The notes beneath the pieces were generated by a model. That model saw only the letters and a program-made list of their open reading frames with translations. It was not told the origin of the DNA and ran no database searches. A DNA stretch of 64,000 bases from Felis catus (Eukaryota): assembly GCF_018350175.1 (NCBI RefSeq), contig NC_058368.1, positions 127,660,001 to 127,724,000 on the forward strand, read 5' to 3'. The position numbers and the translations under genes are program-made. Each line of letters starts with the position of its first letter. Positions within the stretch are counted from its first letter, which is position 1. Shown one piece after another: positions 38,545 to 51,390 of the stretch.

Positions 38545-39062
38545 TAATGTGTAGGGAAATTTCTCAGATGGCCCCCAGTGACCCATGCCCTTGAATTATT
38601 CTCTCCCCTTGAGAATGAATGACCAAAATTTGTAACTTGCTTTTAACCAGTGAAATTAGCTATGGCAAAGGTGGAGGACTTTTCAAAGATAATTAAGGTC
38701 TTTAATCAGCTAATTTTAAGTTATTCCTAAAGGAGATTTTCCAGGGTGGAACTGTCCTAAGCAGGTAGACCCTTCAAATGCAGGCCTAGAAATTAGACAC
38801 TCTCCTCTTGGTCCAGAAGAAGCAAGGTTTCATGAATTTTACAACCATAAGGAAATAAACTGTCTCTGGTGGCAAAAACCACATGAGCCTCTGACAAGAC
38901 TCCAGCCCTGGAAAACACCTTGACTGAAGCCTTTCGAGACCCTGAGCAGTGGATCCAGCAAAGCCAAGTCCAGCCTCCTGACCACGGAAACTGTGAGATG
39001 ATAAATGTGTGTTGTCTAAAGTAAGTAAAATTTTTAAATGCTGCAATAGAAAACTAATAAAA
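38545..39062 (+). mobile_element. MaLR LTR (MLT1-like)
   Basis: agatggcccccagtgaccc start; gaaactgtgagatgataaatgtgtgttg...gcaatagaaaactaata end. Confidence 0.8.
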
Positions 39063-40987
39063 TGATGTAAAAGGTACCACGCTGAAAGAATATGTTACTT
39101 AATTAGTACAACTTCAGTATTTGAATATAAGTGGAAGAAAAATTCATGAGGATTCACAAATGCACATACACGTATGTATACATCCATGGACACGCAAAAT
39201 TTTCATCAAACAAGAAAAAACAAACATGTTTTCCCTACCTTCGTCCCAAAATTTTCTCCTTTTGTCCTACTCATGTCAGTTTAGAGGAAAATACATTCAT
39301 TAAGTAGACAACCAGAAGCCTCAGAGTCATCATTGACTAGTCACTGCCCCAGATCTCTTCTAAAATAATATCACCAAATGCTACCACTTCCTTTTAACTA
39401 GTTTCACCACATTATTTAAATCAATCTCTCCTTGCCACTCATGAACTCTTCAGTGGAATAAACAAGGTTTCTGACTGATCTCCTAGCCCATCATTTGCTC
39501 ACCACTCCCCCAAAGCCCAACTCCCTCCCAATCATAGATGTTATTCGCAGAACATTCAATGGGAAGTGACTGCAAGGTGATGGGGTAGGAAGGCTAGAGA
39601 TGAGATACCAGATATGCACAGAAGACCGTGGATACATTTACAGGCCTTGTTATGAATTGAATGTTATTCTCAAATCAATGAGAAACAGTTGAAGGATTTA
39701 CAACAGAAGAGCGATTAAAAAAAAAAAAAAGGTCAGCATAGTCTTCCCTTACAGGAAACCATTCTTAATTTGGAAATGAGAGTTCTAATATGAATCAGCA
39801 ACTTTTTTGAGAGGAAAAGCTGCTTATTAACTCTGTAAGTTGCATAAGTTAGTTAAAATCATAATTTTTGGCAAATAGAATTTGGAAGCTGAAATTGCTG
39901 TCAGGGCCTGGCACAGTTCAATAAAAATGAGTTCTGGTTCCTTCTTCTCCCATTTGCTCAATGGTAAGACATGAAACAGTATTCATTCTGTCTATTAATA
40001 TTGAATTAAAGCTTGCTGAGTGAGTTTGATCTCGAGGAGTGGGCACATCTAAATGGCCAACAAAGTTAGCATCTAACTAGCAGGAAGTAAACAAAGTTAG
40101 GAAAAAGAAAGGCCATGCTGTCAACAGGAAACATTTTTATAAAAATATTTGGACAATTGAGTTAGTTCTGATGACTGGTAAGACATGACATAAAATCCGG
40201 GTGCCCTCAATCAAAATGCAAGCATTTTTCATATGTCACTTCTATTTCTACAACTCTCAGATACAAAACAAAACAAAACAAAACAAAAACAAAGACACTT
40301 GAGAGACCATGTTGGTCTATCCTCAACTATTGAGAACAAAGTGGCCATGCAGCTACTCTGCATATGATTTACCAAAGGCATATTTCTGGGGCTCAAACAG
40401 TGAATTTGTTCCCCTCCTCATTTCTTATCTATTCTCATGCTTGTATTACATATATTCTTGGGAAAAAAACATACTACATGGACTCAAATCATGATAAAGT
40501 CTAATCCAATTCTCTTGTAGTTTAGAAGGGAAAATTCTGAGAATTTAAAAAGAGAGCAAGAGAACATTCTCATTCTCTATACCCAGATGACACAGATTTT
40601 TAAAGGATGACACAATCAAGGGGATGACTGGGCAGATCGCGAAGCAATCTGGTGGTCACATGGGAAAAGTCTTTTTTAAGGCCACACTCACATTTTTGGG
40701 ATGTGGATGCCGAAGCCATGTAGAAAAGTGTCAGAGCTACTAACTGCACAGCTCACCAGATGCAGGAGTGGGATTTGCCACTCCAACTATGCTGAAGCCT
40801 GGATTGAGCCAACAATCTGGAAAGAGAAAATATGAAGAGGGTTCTCTTCTCCCAGGCCTAAAAGGGCATGAAATTCTCTTACATTAAACCATGTGAAAGT
40901 GGCAATATGCGACAACTTCTACCTATAAAGATGGTTCAACCTTACCAAGAATGAAAGGTAAGAATTGGCTTTAAAATAGTGGTTTGA

Positions 40988-40995
40988 ACACACAC

Positions 40996-41031
<36 letters not shown>

Positions 41032-41039
41032 GCACACAC
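40988..41039. repeat. (CA)n microsatellite
   Basis: Directly visible. Confidence 0.95.
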
Positions 41040-41655
41040 CAAACTAATGAAAGTATATAAGCAGAAAAACATATGCTGATATAATCAAGAAGCTTGTCTT
41101 TTACAGTCCTTTCAAAGACTTCTTTATATGTTTTTAAAAAATAATGACTTATGTCAATAGTTTTATTCTAACAAAGTGTTCTTAAACTAATCAAAGAGAT
41201 TCACTGAAATATAAAAAGTCAAGTAATCTAATTCAAAACATCCTCCATCCTTTGTTCACAATCACATGTATAAGAAGTGAGATTCAGATCTGACGGTGCC
41301 AGTGAAATGTTGGGGTCTAGATAAGGCCCCCTCACTCCACCTCTCAGCATCCCCAGGTTCTTTGCTTGCAAGAACACTTCTATTCCCATTGTTCGACAGG
41401 AAATTGTATCACATCACTTCCTTTACAACACCATGAAGAACTGAAATATGAGGACGGGAGAATCCTAATATGCACCAGAAAGGACCCTCAGCTGCCAAAA
41501 ATGTGTTCTTACTGCAGAGACAATATCTACTTAATGTGATTGGGAAGACTGCATGGATAAGAGAGTTATAACCCAGGAGTGGTAATATTTATGGAAGGAG
41601 ATAGATGCAACTGTTTCTTTACTTTCTCTACCAGTTATTTCTTACTCATTTAAAA

Positions 41656-41676
41656 ATTTTTTAATATTTATTTATT

Positions 41677-41724
<48 letters not shown>

Positions 41725-41868
41725 CCTGAGAGGGAGACACACAGAATCAGAAGTGGGCTCCAGGCTGTCCTCACAGATCCCGACCCAGGGCTCGAACTCA
41801 CAAACTGTGATATCATGACCTGAGTCAAAGTCGTACACTTAACCAACTGAACCACCCAGGTGCTCCCC
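41656..41868 (-). mobile_element. Can-SINE whose GA tract is replaced by (CA)n
   Basis: Reverse body; (CA)n at 41680-41723; TSD-like tactcat flanks. Confidence 0.9.
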
Positions 41869-43387
41869 TACTCATGTTTAAAAGTAAAAGTATTTAGAAA
41901 ATCCAAAGTAATATTTTATGTACAAAATAACCAACACTACTCTCTTTTCCACCCAAAGCAAAAGTGATGCCAGGATGGGGTTCTTGTCCTATGTCAGCTG
42001 TCATGGTTTATCTCACCTGTCTTCAATCATTCCCAGGATTTTCAAACTGCCTGGGTAGCCCTTCCTCCCTTTCTCATAGAGACAGCAAATAGTCAACATT
42101 TACCTGACAGGGAAGTGAATGAACTTCAGCTTTAATTTTACTAACTTGAAGGTGTGATTCTTTTCCTTCTTTTGCCAGTAAGCATTTAGATTCTTTAAGC
42201 AGCAACTCTATGGGGCAGCACTCGAGGTCCAATTTGACAAGTACACAGGGTATAAAAATCCCCAAGTATCCTCCCTCACCTGGAAATATTACAGTGTCCA
42301 ATAATCTCTTTCCATGTGTTAATGATTAATGATGCCACATACATAACTTGATGAAATGTCCACAAATCCTACACTCTTCTTATAAGTAAATCATGACAGA
42401 AGACTCATTTTCTTAAACATCCAAGACAACAAACTGTCTAGAGTTCATGTTTACAAGAAACACAATGAGGAATGGTGCTTTGCTTGAGAAAGCACAAGGC
42501 TAGGGTTTCTCCCTAGGTGCCCTCACTGGCTCCTTTTCCTACTTGTACCTTAAATGGTGTTTTTGTGGCTTCTACCTTCGAGCCTCTTCTCCACCGACAT
42601 CACTTCTTTGGGTGCCCTTACTGATACCAAATATACTTTGCCAGTAACTCCAAACCAACCTACACTATTCTCCCATTTTTCTGACCTTTAAAATGTGAGG
42701 TATTGAAAGAACCAGAACTTGGAATCAGCGGACTCTGGCTTTGAAGCACATGAATGTACAAGTTCTGTAACCTTGCTAAGTATTTTCTTCCATATCTGCA
42801 TGGAGAGATAAGAGTATTTACCCCATGGAATGTTGTAAGGATTACATGTTGTGTCATCTCCATTAAGCTCCAAGAAGTACCAGGCCAGGAGAATAATTCA
42901 ATAAATGGTTATGCTCAGGAAGTGATGACAATGATGATGATGAAAATTATTTATGAGACATTTCTATGTGTATGTGCACAGGCAACTCAAACTGCATTTA
43001 TCAGCTTTATTCGTCTGACATGGTTAGTGGTACCATCATCCATCCATGTGGCCAAGTTCATAGCCTAAAATTTCCATCTCTGCTTTATTCCTCATCCGCC
43101 CACCTTTCTTCCAAGTTGACTGCTAAGAATGGACAAACCTAGACTATTAATATTATCCTTATTTCTTCTGCAGCTCTAGTTTATGCCTTTTTTAACTTTC
43201 CTCCTGGAACTTTGTCATAATGTCTCAAATGGGTTCCTCACACCTTGCTTTCTTCTCCCCCTCCCCCTCCCCTCCTCCTTTGTCCTTCTTCCTCTTCTTC
43301 CCCTTCTTCTTCTTCTATGATACCACCAAAAGGGAGTCTTTCTAGAATATACTGTGCTTCTCTTCAGCTTAAAAACCTTCTATATGA

Positions 43388-43513
43388 GGGGTGTCTGGGT
43401 GGCTCACTCGGTTAAGCATCCAACTTCAGCTCAGGTCATGATCTCAGAGTTCGTGGTTCAAGCCCTGCATTAAGCTCTGTGCTGACAGCTCAGAGCCTGG
43501 AGCCGTCTTCGGA

Positions 43514-43571
<58 letters not shown>

Positions 43572-43633
43572 CCCCTGCTCATGCTGTGTCTATCTCAAAT
43601 ATAAATAATAAACATTAAAAAAAATTAAAAAAA
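43388..43633 (+). mobile_element. Can-SINE with expanded (CT)n
   Basis: TSD tctatatgaggg (43379-43390 / 43634-43645). Confidence 0.94.
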
Positions 43634-44778
43634 TCTATATGAGGGTCAATAGGGATAGTATACGTTAAAATACTATGAAAAAGTCTTTTAAACTTTATAT
43701 ATAGCTGCTCTTACTATTATCTTAGAAAGCAGTTTAAGTTATTTTCCTCTTTGAGAGGGAAAATAATTGTTACATACTTACCTAATACTATGTGATAGAA
43801 TAAGGGGAAAGAAGAAATGTAAGAAAACAAAGAAGGAAATACATTCCAATTGTTCTTTACATTAACAGTACTATGAAAATACACACCAAACCAAAAATAT
43901 ACACATAGAATGGAAATATATAAGAATATTACAAAAAAAATGATTTGAAATCAAATTTCTGTTTACACCATATTTACAACTCAATATAGTAACAAAGTTA
44001 CCTGAAATCTACAAAAATGAAAAAGAAAGGAATGATTCTTATCAAACACTGTTTACAAGAATAGAAAAGTAGCTCATTTCCTAGATAAAATGAACTTTCA
44101 GAAAGGCAAACGAGCCAAAAAAACAGTATGGGTGTTTACTACTGTTGCTGAGTGGTTTGTGTGTGAGACATATATCAAACATGAACACGTGAGTTAGTGG
44201 AATGCATGCAAATAGACCTAATCAGAGGCAAAAGCTCATGGTAAATGTTTAAAAGAAAATCCAATTGAATAAAAGTAAGACAAAGCCGAGGCAACTTTTC
44301 AAAAGATTTCAAATGCAAAGCACAAGAGTAATTCTCCAGTAACACACACACAATATTTGAAAGATTTCCTGGAATGGATGGATACAGAAATAATTGAAAT
44401 TAGAAAACCAAAGCTGGAAAGATTAATGTACCACATTCCTTGCTAAAAAAATGAGAGAGACAAGGAGAGAAAGACACAGAGAGAGGTATCTTGGAAAAAA
44501 CAAAGTGCATTAGGTTTAAGATGTCTCCTAAGAGAAAACAGTTGTTTCATTTTTCACCTTTTACAAATGAATTGAGAAAAACAGCTTAGGATATACCTAC
44601 CTATGTGCTCACCATTAAAAAGCTGTGGTTATGTTTACTACAATGGCACAAGTGATCTACGTAAAAAATACAACACTGAGAAGTCCATCTACAGGCATCT
44701 TTTAAAACTATCTTAACTAACACCTAAAAACAGCTAAAAATTAAACAACTGCAGGGAATTAAAAATGTAAGATTTTAT

Positions 44779-44985
44779 GGGGCGCCTGGGTGGCGCAGTC
44801 GGTTAAGCGTCCAACTTCAGCCAGGTCAGGATCTCGCGGTCCGGGAGTTCGAGCCCCGCGTCAGGCTCTGGGCTGATGGCTCAGAGCCTGGAGCCTGTTT
44901 CCGATTCTGTGTCTCCCTCTCTCTCACCCTCCCCCGTTCACGCTCTGTCTCTCTCTGTCCCAAAAATAAATAAATGTTGAAAAAA
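44779..44985 (+). mobile_element. Can-SINE (young)
   Basis: 21-bp TSD aattaaaaatgtaagatttta (44757-44777 / 44986-45006); CpGs intact. Confidence 0.97.
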
Positions 44986-45072
44986 AATTAAAAATGTAAG
45001 ATTTTAAATTTACCTTAAACATCCAAACAATTATGGGTTCATTATATTTTTCCGAAATACACTTAATTTAAA

Positions 45073-45283
45073 TTTTTTTTAAAGTTTTTATTTATTTTTG
45101 TGACAGAGAGAGACAGAGCAAGAGCAGGGGAGGGGCAGAGAGAAAGGGAGACAGAATCCAAAGCAGGCTCCAGGCTCTGAGCTGTCAGCACAGAGCCCGA
45201 TGAGGGGCTTGAACCCACAGACTGTGAGATCATGACCTGAGCCAAAGTCGGACGCTTAACCGACTGAGCCACCCAGGCGCCCC
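45073..45283 (-). mobile_element. Can-SINE (fairly young)
   Basis: 17-bp TSD aatacacttaatttaaa (45056-45072 / 45284-45300). Confidence 0.97.
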
Positions 45284-47279
45284 AATACACTTAATTTAAA
45301 AATTATTTTATCTAACAGTATTCAGTCAAGTCACATCATATTCATTTATAAAACCTCTCTTAAATTCATCTCTTCCTTTCCATTCTTACAACCATGCGTT
45401 AGTTTCAGACTATCATGATTTATTCCTTATCTGGTTTGATGCAATAAACACCTAAATCGCACCTCCAATTTCTTCCCACTCCATGCTCCACGTATCTGCC
45501 AGAATGAGCTTTAAAAAATTCAAAGCTAAACATATAATTTCCCTGCTGAAAATCAATCTCTAACATCTAGAGGAAAGTTGAGAAACCTGTAGCAGAGCCT
45601 TATTTCCTTTTTCTCCCGTCACCACTGCCAGCTACACCCCCGATAACCTGAACTCCATGTATACTAAACCACTCTCAGGCTGGTGCCTTAGAAAATACTG
45701 ACCAATAGATACACTAGCCTTTAGCTACCTACCTAACAAGTCCTATTATTTAATACAAATCAGATGATAGCAATATTCTGGTAAACAAACTGGTGATGTG
45801 TATTTGAGGAGACAACTACTGTATTTCAGTTTGGTCTTCTATCATTTGTAACTTGCTTGCATTTACTTTTTATAAGAAGATTTTTATAATAGAGAAGATT
45901 CAAAGTACTCATTAATTAACTGCATCAAATATTTAAAGCAAATGCTTAGACACAAGCAGCATCCAAAGCAATAAACAGGCTGCTGGACGGATTGGTTGAG
46001 GGCCAACCCTAGCTGTATTACTGCTTTCCTACAGACTCTCACCACATCCTCAGTAGCTTCTTGATGGGTTCAAACATTTCTAAATTTTGTCATAAGTTCC
46101 AACAGATGTTGTGACAAACATAAAAAGGAGTATGTGATCCAGTATTGTCAATTCAATAATCTAATTTGGTCAAAGCAGTTAAAAAAAAAATCTAGGGAAA
46201 CATTACATTAAATTAGCTTGTTGGCACTGATCAACCAGGTCAGTGGTCTAGTTTACTTAAATTGCTCGTATATAGTCATGTCTTAATGCTAGCTAAGGAA
46301 GTAGAATTAGTACTAAAGCACACTACTTTTTCCTCCATGTGTGCCTAATTAATAAGATACATAATCATTATATTTGAACTCACTGAAAATTGAATTGCAC
46401 TCCTCCGGAGAATAAATGCTACTGCAGTTTTAGTCTATGGTCCATGTCATGGCTGCATTAAAAACAAATAAATACAAACCTGTTTTCCCTAAGTAGATAT
46501 TTGTTTTCTGAAGTATTAGAATAGTGTGATTATTATCTGTTTCATGTGACTTATTATTTTTCATAACACTTCTTTGTGACTTTGGTTTACAAAATATTTC
46601 ATTGTCAACAAAAATAGTGACTCCTCTAACAGCTTCCATGCCTTGCCACACCAAAAATAAAATTAACATACGATATTAAAGGACAACATGTGTGAAATTG
46701 AAATGCCATTTTGTCAGAATAATGGTATATACTCTTACTTTCTCCTGTAACTGTTAAAGTTCTTAAATCATTTTAAATTAACTGTTATATTCTCAGGCAA
46801 AAAAAAATTATTAATTTTTACTAGTGGGCTTTATTGTCACAAAGAGCTACCAGATGCTGAGTAGTTATGAATACTTCATTTGCTTGAGCAAGAAAAACAG
46901 AAACATAATGAACTTTGGACAGAATGCAGCAATGCTAAATAAATAACTATGAAGACAAATCACAAAATAGAATTAAATTAATATCTAATGCCTTCATTCT
47001 TTTTCTTAACTAGTCCCTTCAATATAACTCTTCTACAACATCATAATTTTGACAGTCCATGAGGCTACTTCTTTACTGACTTCCTGTGCTGCAGGCTTCT
47101 TCCCAGAGGTGATACTTACACTCACTAACACTCAAGTGTCTGTCACATCAAATAAAAAAAAAGTAACTTAACTCTTTAACTAAATGAAATATATGTTGAA
47201 GACTCTGAACTGGAACTGTTTCTGCTCTCTATTAATAGTGTATCTAGCTTTATAAATTTGAAAACCTTATTAATTCTTA

Positions 47280-47600
47280 AGGTTCATTTATTTATTTAAT
47301 AAATCTTTAAGTGCAAACAATGTGCAAGGATCAGAGGTATAAACAAAACTGACAGGGTCTTTGCTTTCAGTAGAGGTTACAGTTTGATGGAAGAGATAGG
47401 CATTAATCAAATAATTACATAATTAAACATGTACTTTTAAAATATGATAAATGCAATAAAAAAGAAATATAAGGTATTATGACATATTTGGGAAAACTGA
47501 AAGTCATAACTTAAAAGGTGATGTCTGAGGTATGATCTAAAGTATGAATAAATATTATTAAAGCTAATGAGCGGGAAGAGGGGAATCAGGCAGAAGAATC
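47280..47600 (-). mobile_element. L2 3' fragment
   Basis: ttcatttatttatttaataaatc...aatgtgcaagg...gacagggtcttgctttcagtagaggttacagt. Confidence 0.6.
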
Positions 47601-49325
47601 AGTACATACAGAACTCCCCATGGGGGAAGACACATAGTTAGACACAAAGAGTAGACTAACCTGTAAAACCATCAAGAACTTTCCATCTCCCACAAACTGT
47701 GGATCTGTTGACTTTATATCAGTTAATGTATATGGCACCTTCTGAGTTGCTTTTTTTTTTAAGCTTCTGAGTTGTTAAGGTAAGTGTGAGTTCCTTACAC
47801 CCATATTCTACAGAATGATCATTCTCAAACTCTGTATTATCTCTCAAAAATTCTGATGAGAACAACATACAGAATTTCTCAGTGGGGACCTTTCTTCAGC
47901 GTCTATAGTAGAAATCTCCATAATGAGCTCTATGATTTTAGTAGAGACTTCTGGTTATTGGTCATTAGACAAAAACCTGGCCTTAAATGCAAATGAAAGA
48001 CTTCAGATGGCAAGAATGATTCTGAGTGGTGATAAAACAAAAATGTATATGGAGGACTCCAAACTTTTATTTTATATTCTAATGATTTTAACTGGCTTCC
48101 AAATGAACAACAACAATAGGAAAACAGTTTCACAGAGAAGGGCTGTGAGTAAATTAATCTAAAACATCAACCTCAATTTGGGTACATAAGTTCTAACATT
48201 TAACTGATCTATATTTAAATCCTTGTATTTCCCAGGGCTACATTTTGTAACTAGCTCATCTGGGAGCATTTAACTAGAAGTGGATATGCTAGAGAAGTCT
48301 AGAGAAGTAGGGGAACCTGCCAAGAAATCAGAGAGCTGGGTATCAAGACTGAATTTCCCATTTTCATTTACAAATAAGGAGGACCCAGTTTGGGCCCGGG
48401 TGTCCCAGAATTCTGAGCCAATCTTGGAGGTTAGACAGGTTGGACTTAACTGGGGGCTGCGATGATAGCAACCAAGCAGGTCAAAGAGCATATAGGAGAT
48501 GGAGTCTGAAGGAATTCTTAAAGCTGGAGAATGCAGCTACTCTTAATAAAGCACACACAGCATTTGGCAGTAAAGGGAAAGAAAGCATTGTTAAGAATGC
48601 TAACAGGGGATACCATGCCAATAATACACTTTCAATAAACAGCACTTTGATAGCACTTTGATCAATATGCAGTTATATAAGAAACAGTCATAGTTACAGG
48701 AAACATTCATACTTACTTCATACCTTATATAGTGTAGGCTAGTTATAGAAAACTTACGTAACATATCACACAGTATCCTTTTCACAAGAAAACATGGGGA
48801 AACATTTTTTATTCAGAGTTAAACAGCAGTGCAGTCTGCAGCCACTCATTTTTTAAAAACTTACTAATACTATGAATCTTGAACTGATACTGTTTCCTTC
48901 CTTGGATTAGCTGATTGGAAGCACAAAGCCAATTCTGTGACTCAATTCTAGCAATTACTTGGAAATTAGTGGAATGTTTTTGATTCCTTGTCTCATACTA
49001 TCTTCATGCTGTTATATTCTCTTCTCTTTGACATTCTCATTCTACCTTGTTGTACAAAATTGTTTTGTGACAAAATGCTATGATTTTGAGGGAGGAGAGA
49101 AAAGTGGGATATAAATAAAACAGGTTAACCTAAATAAATAGAAAATATTAGGTGTTTTTACAGAAAATAGATGATTTTTGCTTATTATAAAAGCAACATA
49201 TGCTCATTTTAAAAGAAATCAAATAAGAAAAAGAACATAAAACAATAACAAAGACTACTCTTAAATATTCTCTTCTTATACCTATAACTATTTAGTGCTT
49301 CTTCTCTAATAGAGAGGATTTTACG

Positions 49326-49356
<31 letters not shown>

Positions 49357-49775
49357 CTTATACCATAATATGCATACACACATCTCTATATACATAGGCA
49401 CACACATATATAGACATAGCCTCATATGTGTAAATATAAGTATGCATGAATATACATAAGTAAATAGTACCATGTTCTATGATGCAGTCTCTAAATAATT
49501 TTTCCCCTTAACCACTTGTAGGGTTTATAATTACACTTTGGTAAACATACATCTCTCTCATTTTTATCTAGTAGTCCTTTGTTGTAGACATGACCTCATT
49601 TACTTTACGAGTTCTCTATTGAAATATATCTGGGGGGCTGCCAGATATTTACCATTATGCACAATGTTGCAATATAGTACTTATCGCTCACTTGTTCAAT
49701 TATATTCTTAGGCAAAATACCTAAGCATGAAATTACTGGGTCAAAGGCAAGCCCATTTAAAATTTTGGCATATAT

Positions 49776-50018
49776 GGGGGTGCCTGGGTAACTCAGTCGG
49801 TTAAGTGACCAACTTTGGCTCAGGTCATGATCTTGTTCCAGCCCCGCATTGGGCTCTGTGCTAAGAGCTCAGAGCCTGGAGTCTGCTTCAGATTCTGTGT
49901 CTCCCTCTCTTTCTGCCCCTCCCCCACTTGTGCTCTGTCTCCCTTTCTCTCTCCTTCTCTTTCTCTCTCTCTCTCTCTCTCAAAATAAATAAAAGTTAAA
50001 AAAATAAAAAAATAATAA
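49776..50018 (+). mobile_element. Can-SINE inserted in old antisense L1M sequence
   Basis: TSD aaatt(t/c)tgg(c/t)atatat; L1 motifs (aattactgggtcaaagg) in the flank. Confidence 0.92.
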
Positions 50019-51169
50019 AATTCTGGTATATATTATTGATTACACACCACAGTTTTCCTAATTTACACTATTTACAACGAATGTATATAAGAAAGTGCCT
50101 ACTTCACCATGTCGCCTGTTTCTTTTGAATTATTCATCCTTTACTCTTTTTCTAAGATAATAGATGAAAAATTAAATAACATGAATGTTTTAATTTTTTA
50201 TTTTTGTCTGCCCACAAAGTAGAGAATCTTTCTACATGTATATTGCTATTATTCTTTCTTCCGTGTGAATGTCCTCTTTATGTCTTTTGCCAACTTTTAT
50301 CATAAGTTTCCAGTATTTTTATTATTGATTTTAAGTGCTCTTTACTGTGGTGTGAGGTAAGGACCTTTTCTTATTTCAATAAACTAATAAACACCGTATT
50401 TAAAATAATTTATCCTTGTTTCAGTGAGTTGGAATGCTGTTCTCAGTAAATTCTACATGTCCACATAAATATGGGTCTCATGTTTGATACTTTACTCAGT
50501 TCCACAGAACAACTGGTTTATTCCCAAATTAATATCACATTGTTTGAATTAAAAGAGTGTATGTTCTGACATCTTATAGACAAAAACATCTTTTTACAGT
50601 TTTTTTTTTTCCAAATGTCCTTTACTATTCTTCCATATACTTTCAATCAAATTTTAAGTCAATTCCCTCAAATTCCACTGGGGATATGTCATTTTTAAAT
50701 AAGCCTGTGACCTTTTCTGTCTGAAGTGTTGCCTTTTTCTAAAACCTCCCTTCAAATTACTTACTTTCAGCCATTCCAGTGAGAATATCATTTGACTGGT
50801 GTACAGTGTTCTCATAGCTGTTCCCTGAGAGAATTAGCCAACAACTTAGTTCACTTTAGAACACGGTGTCTTAAATTTAGTGGATTAAAGACTTGTTGAG
50901 AATCTGATGTATGGTCTCCCCAAAATATGCACTTGCTTGCAAATCTAATGGATCCTCTTAACCAAAAGTCAGGAATTAATTTTGTGAAAGCAACTCTCTA
51001 AATAAAAAAGGAGAATTTATTCCATCAGGTTTTCACTGTGATGTTGTTTTCTCACCATCTGGATTATAAAGACTACTATCTCTCTTCATAATCATTATAA
51101 TTTCTGTCTTCATAGTTTCAGTCAAGTGATGAGCTTACTCTCATCAAATATCATTCTGTATTATCTAAC

Positions 51170-51390
51170 AATGTGATGACAAGATCACCATACTAGGAGT
51201 TTTAAGGCTAAGTCTGAGTCCTATATTTGAACATGTGTATATGTCTATTTCTTTGAGAGTTCCCTTTGATTACCTATAAAATGAACAAAATATTGTTAGC
51301 TCTGTTTACTACACACAGATGATTAAGAAAACCAAGTATATCCTGTCTGAGAGCACTAACTGAAAAGGCAGGGTTTCACTATTATTATTT
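51170..51390 (+). mobile_element. MIR fragment
   Basis: ttccctttgattacctataaaatgaacaaaata resembles the MIR core tttcctcatctgtaaaatggggataata. Confidence 0.5.
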
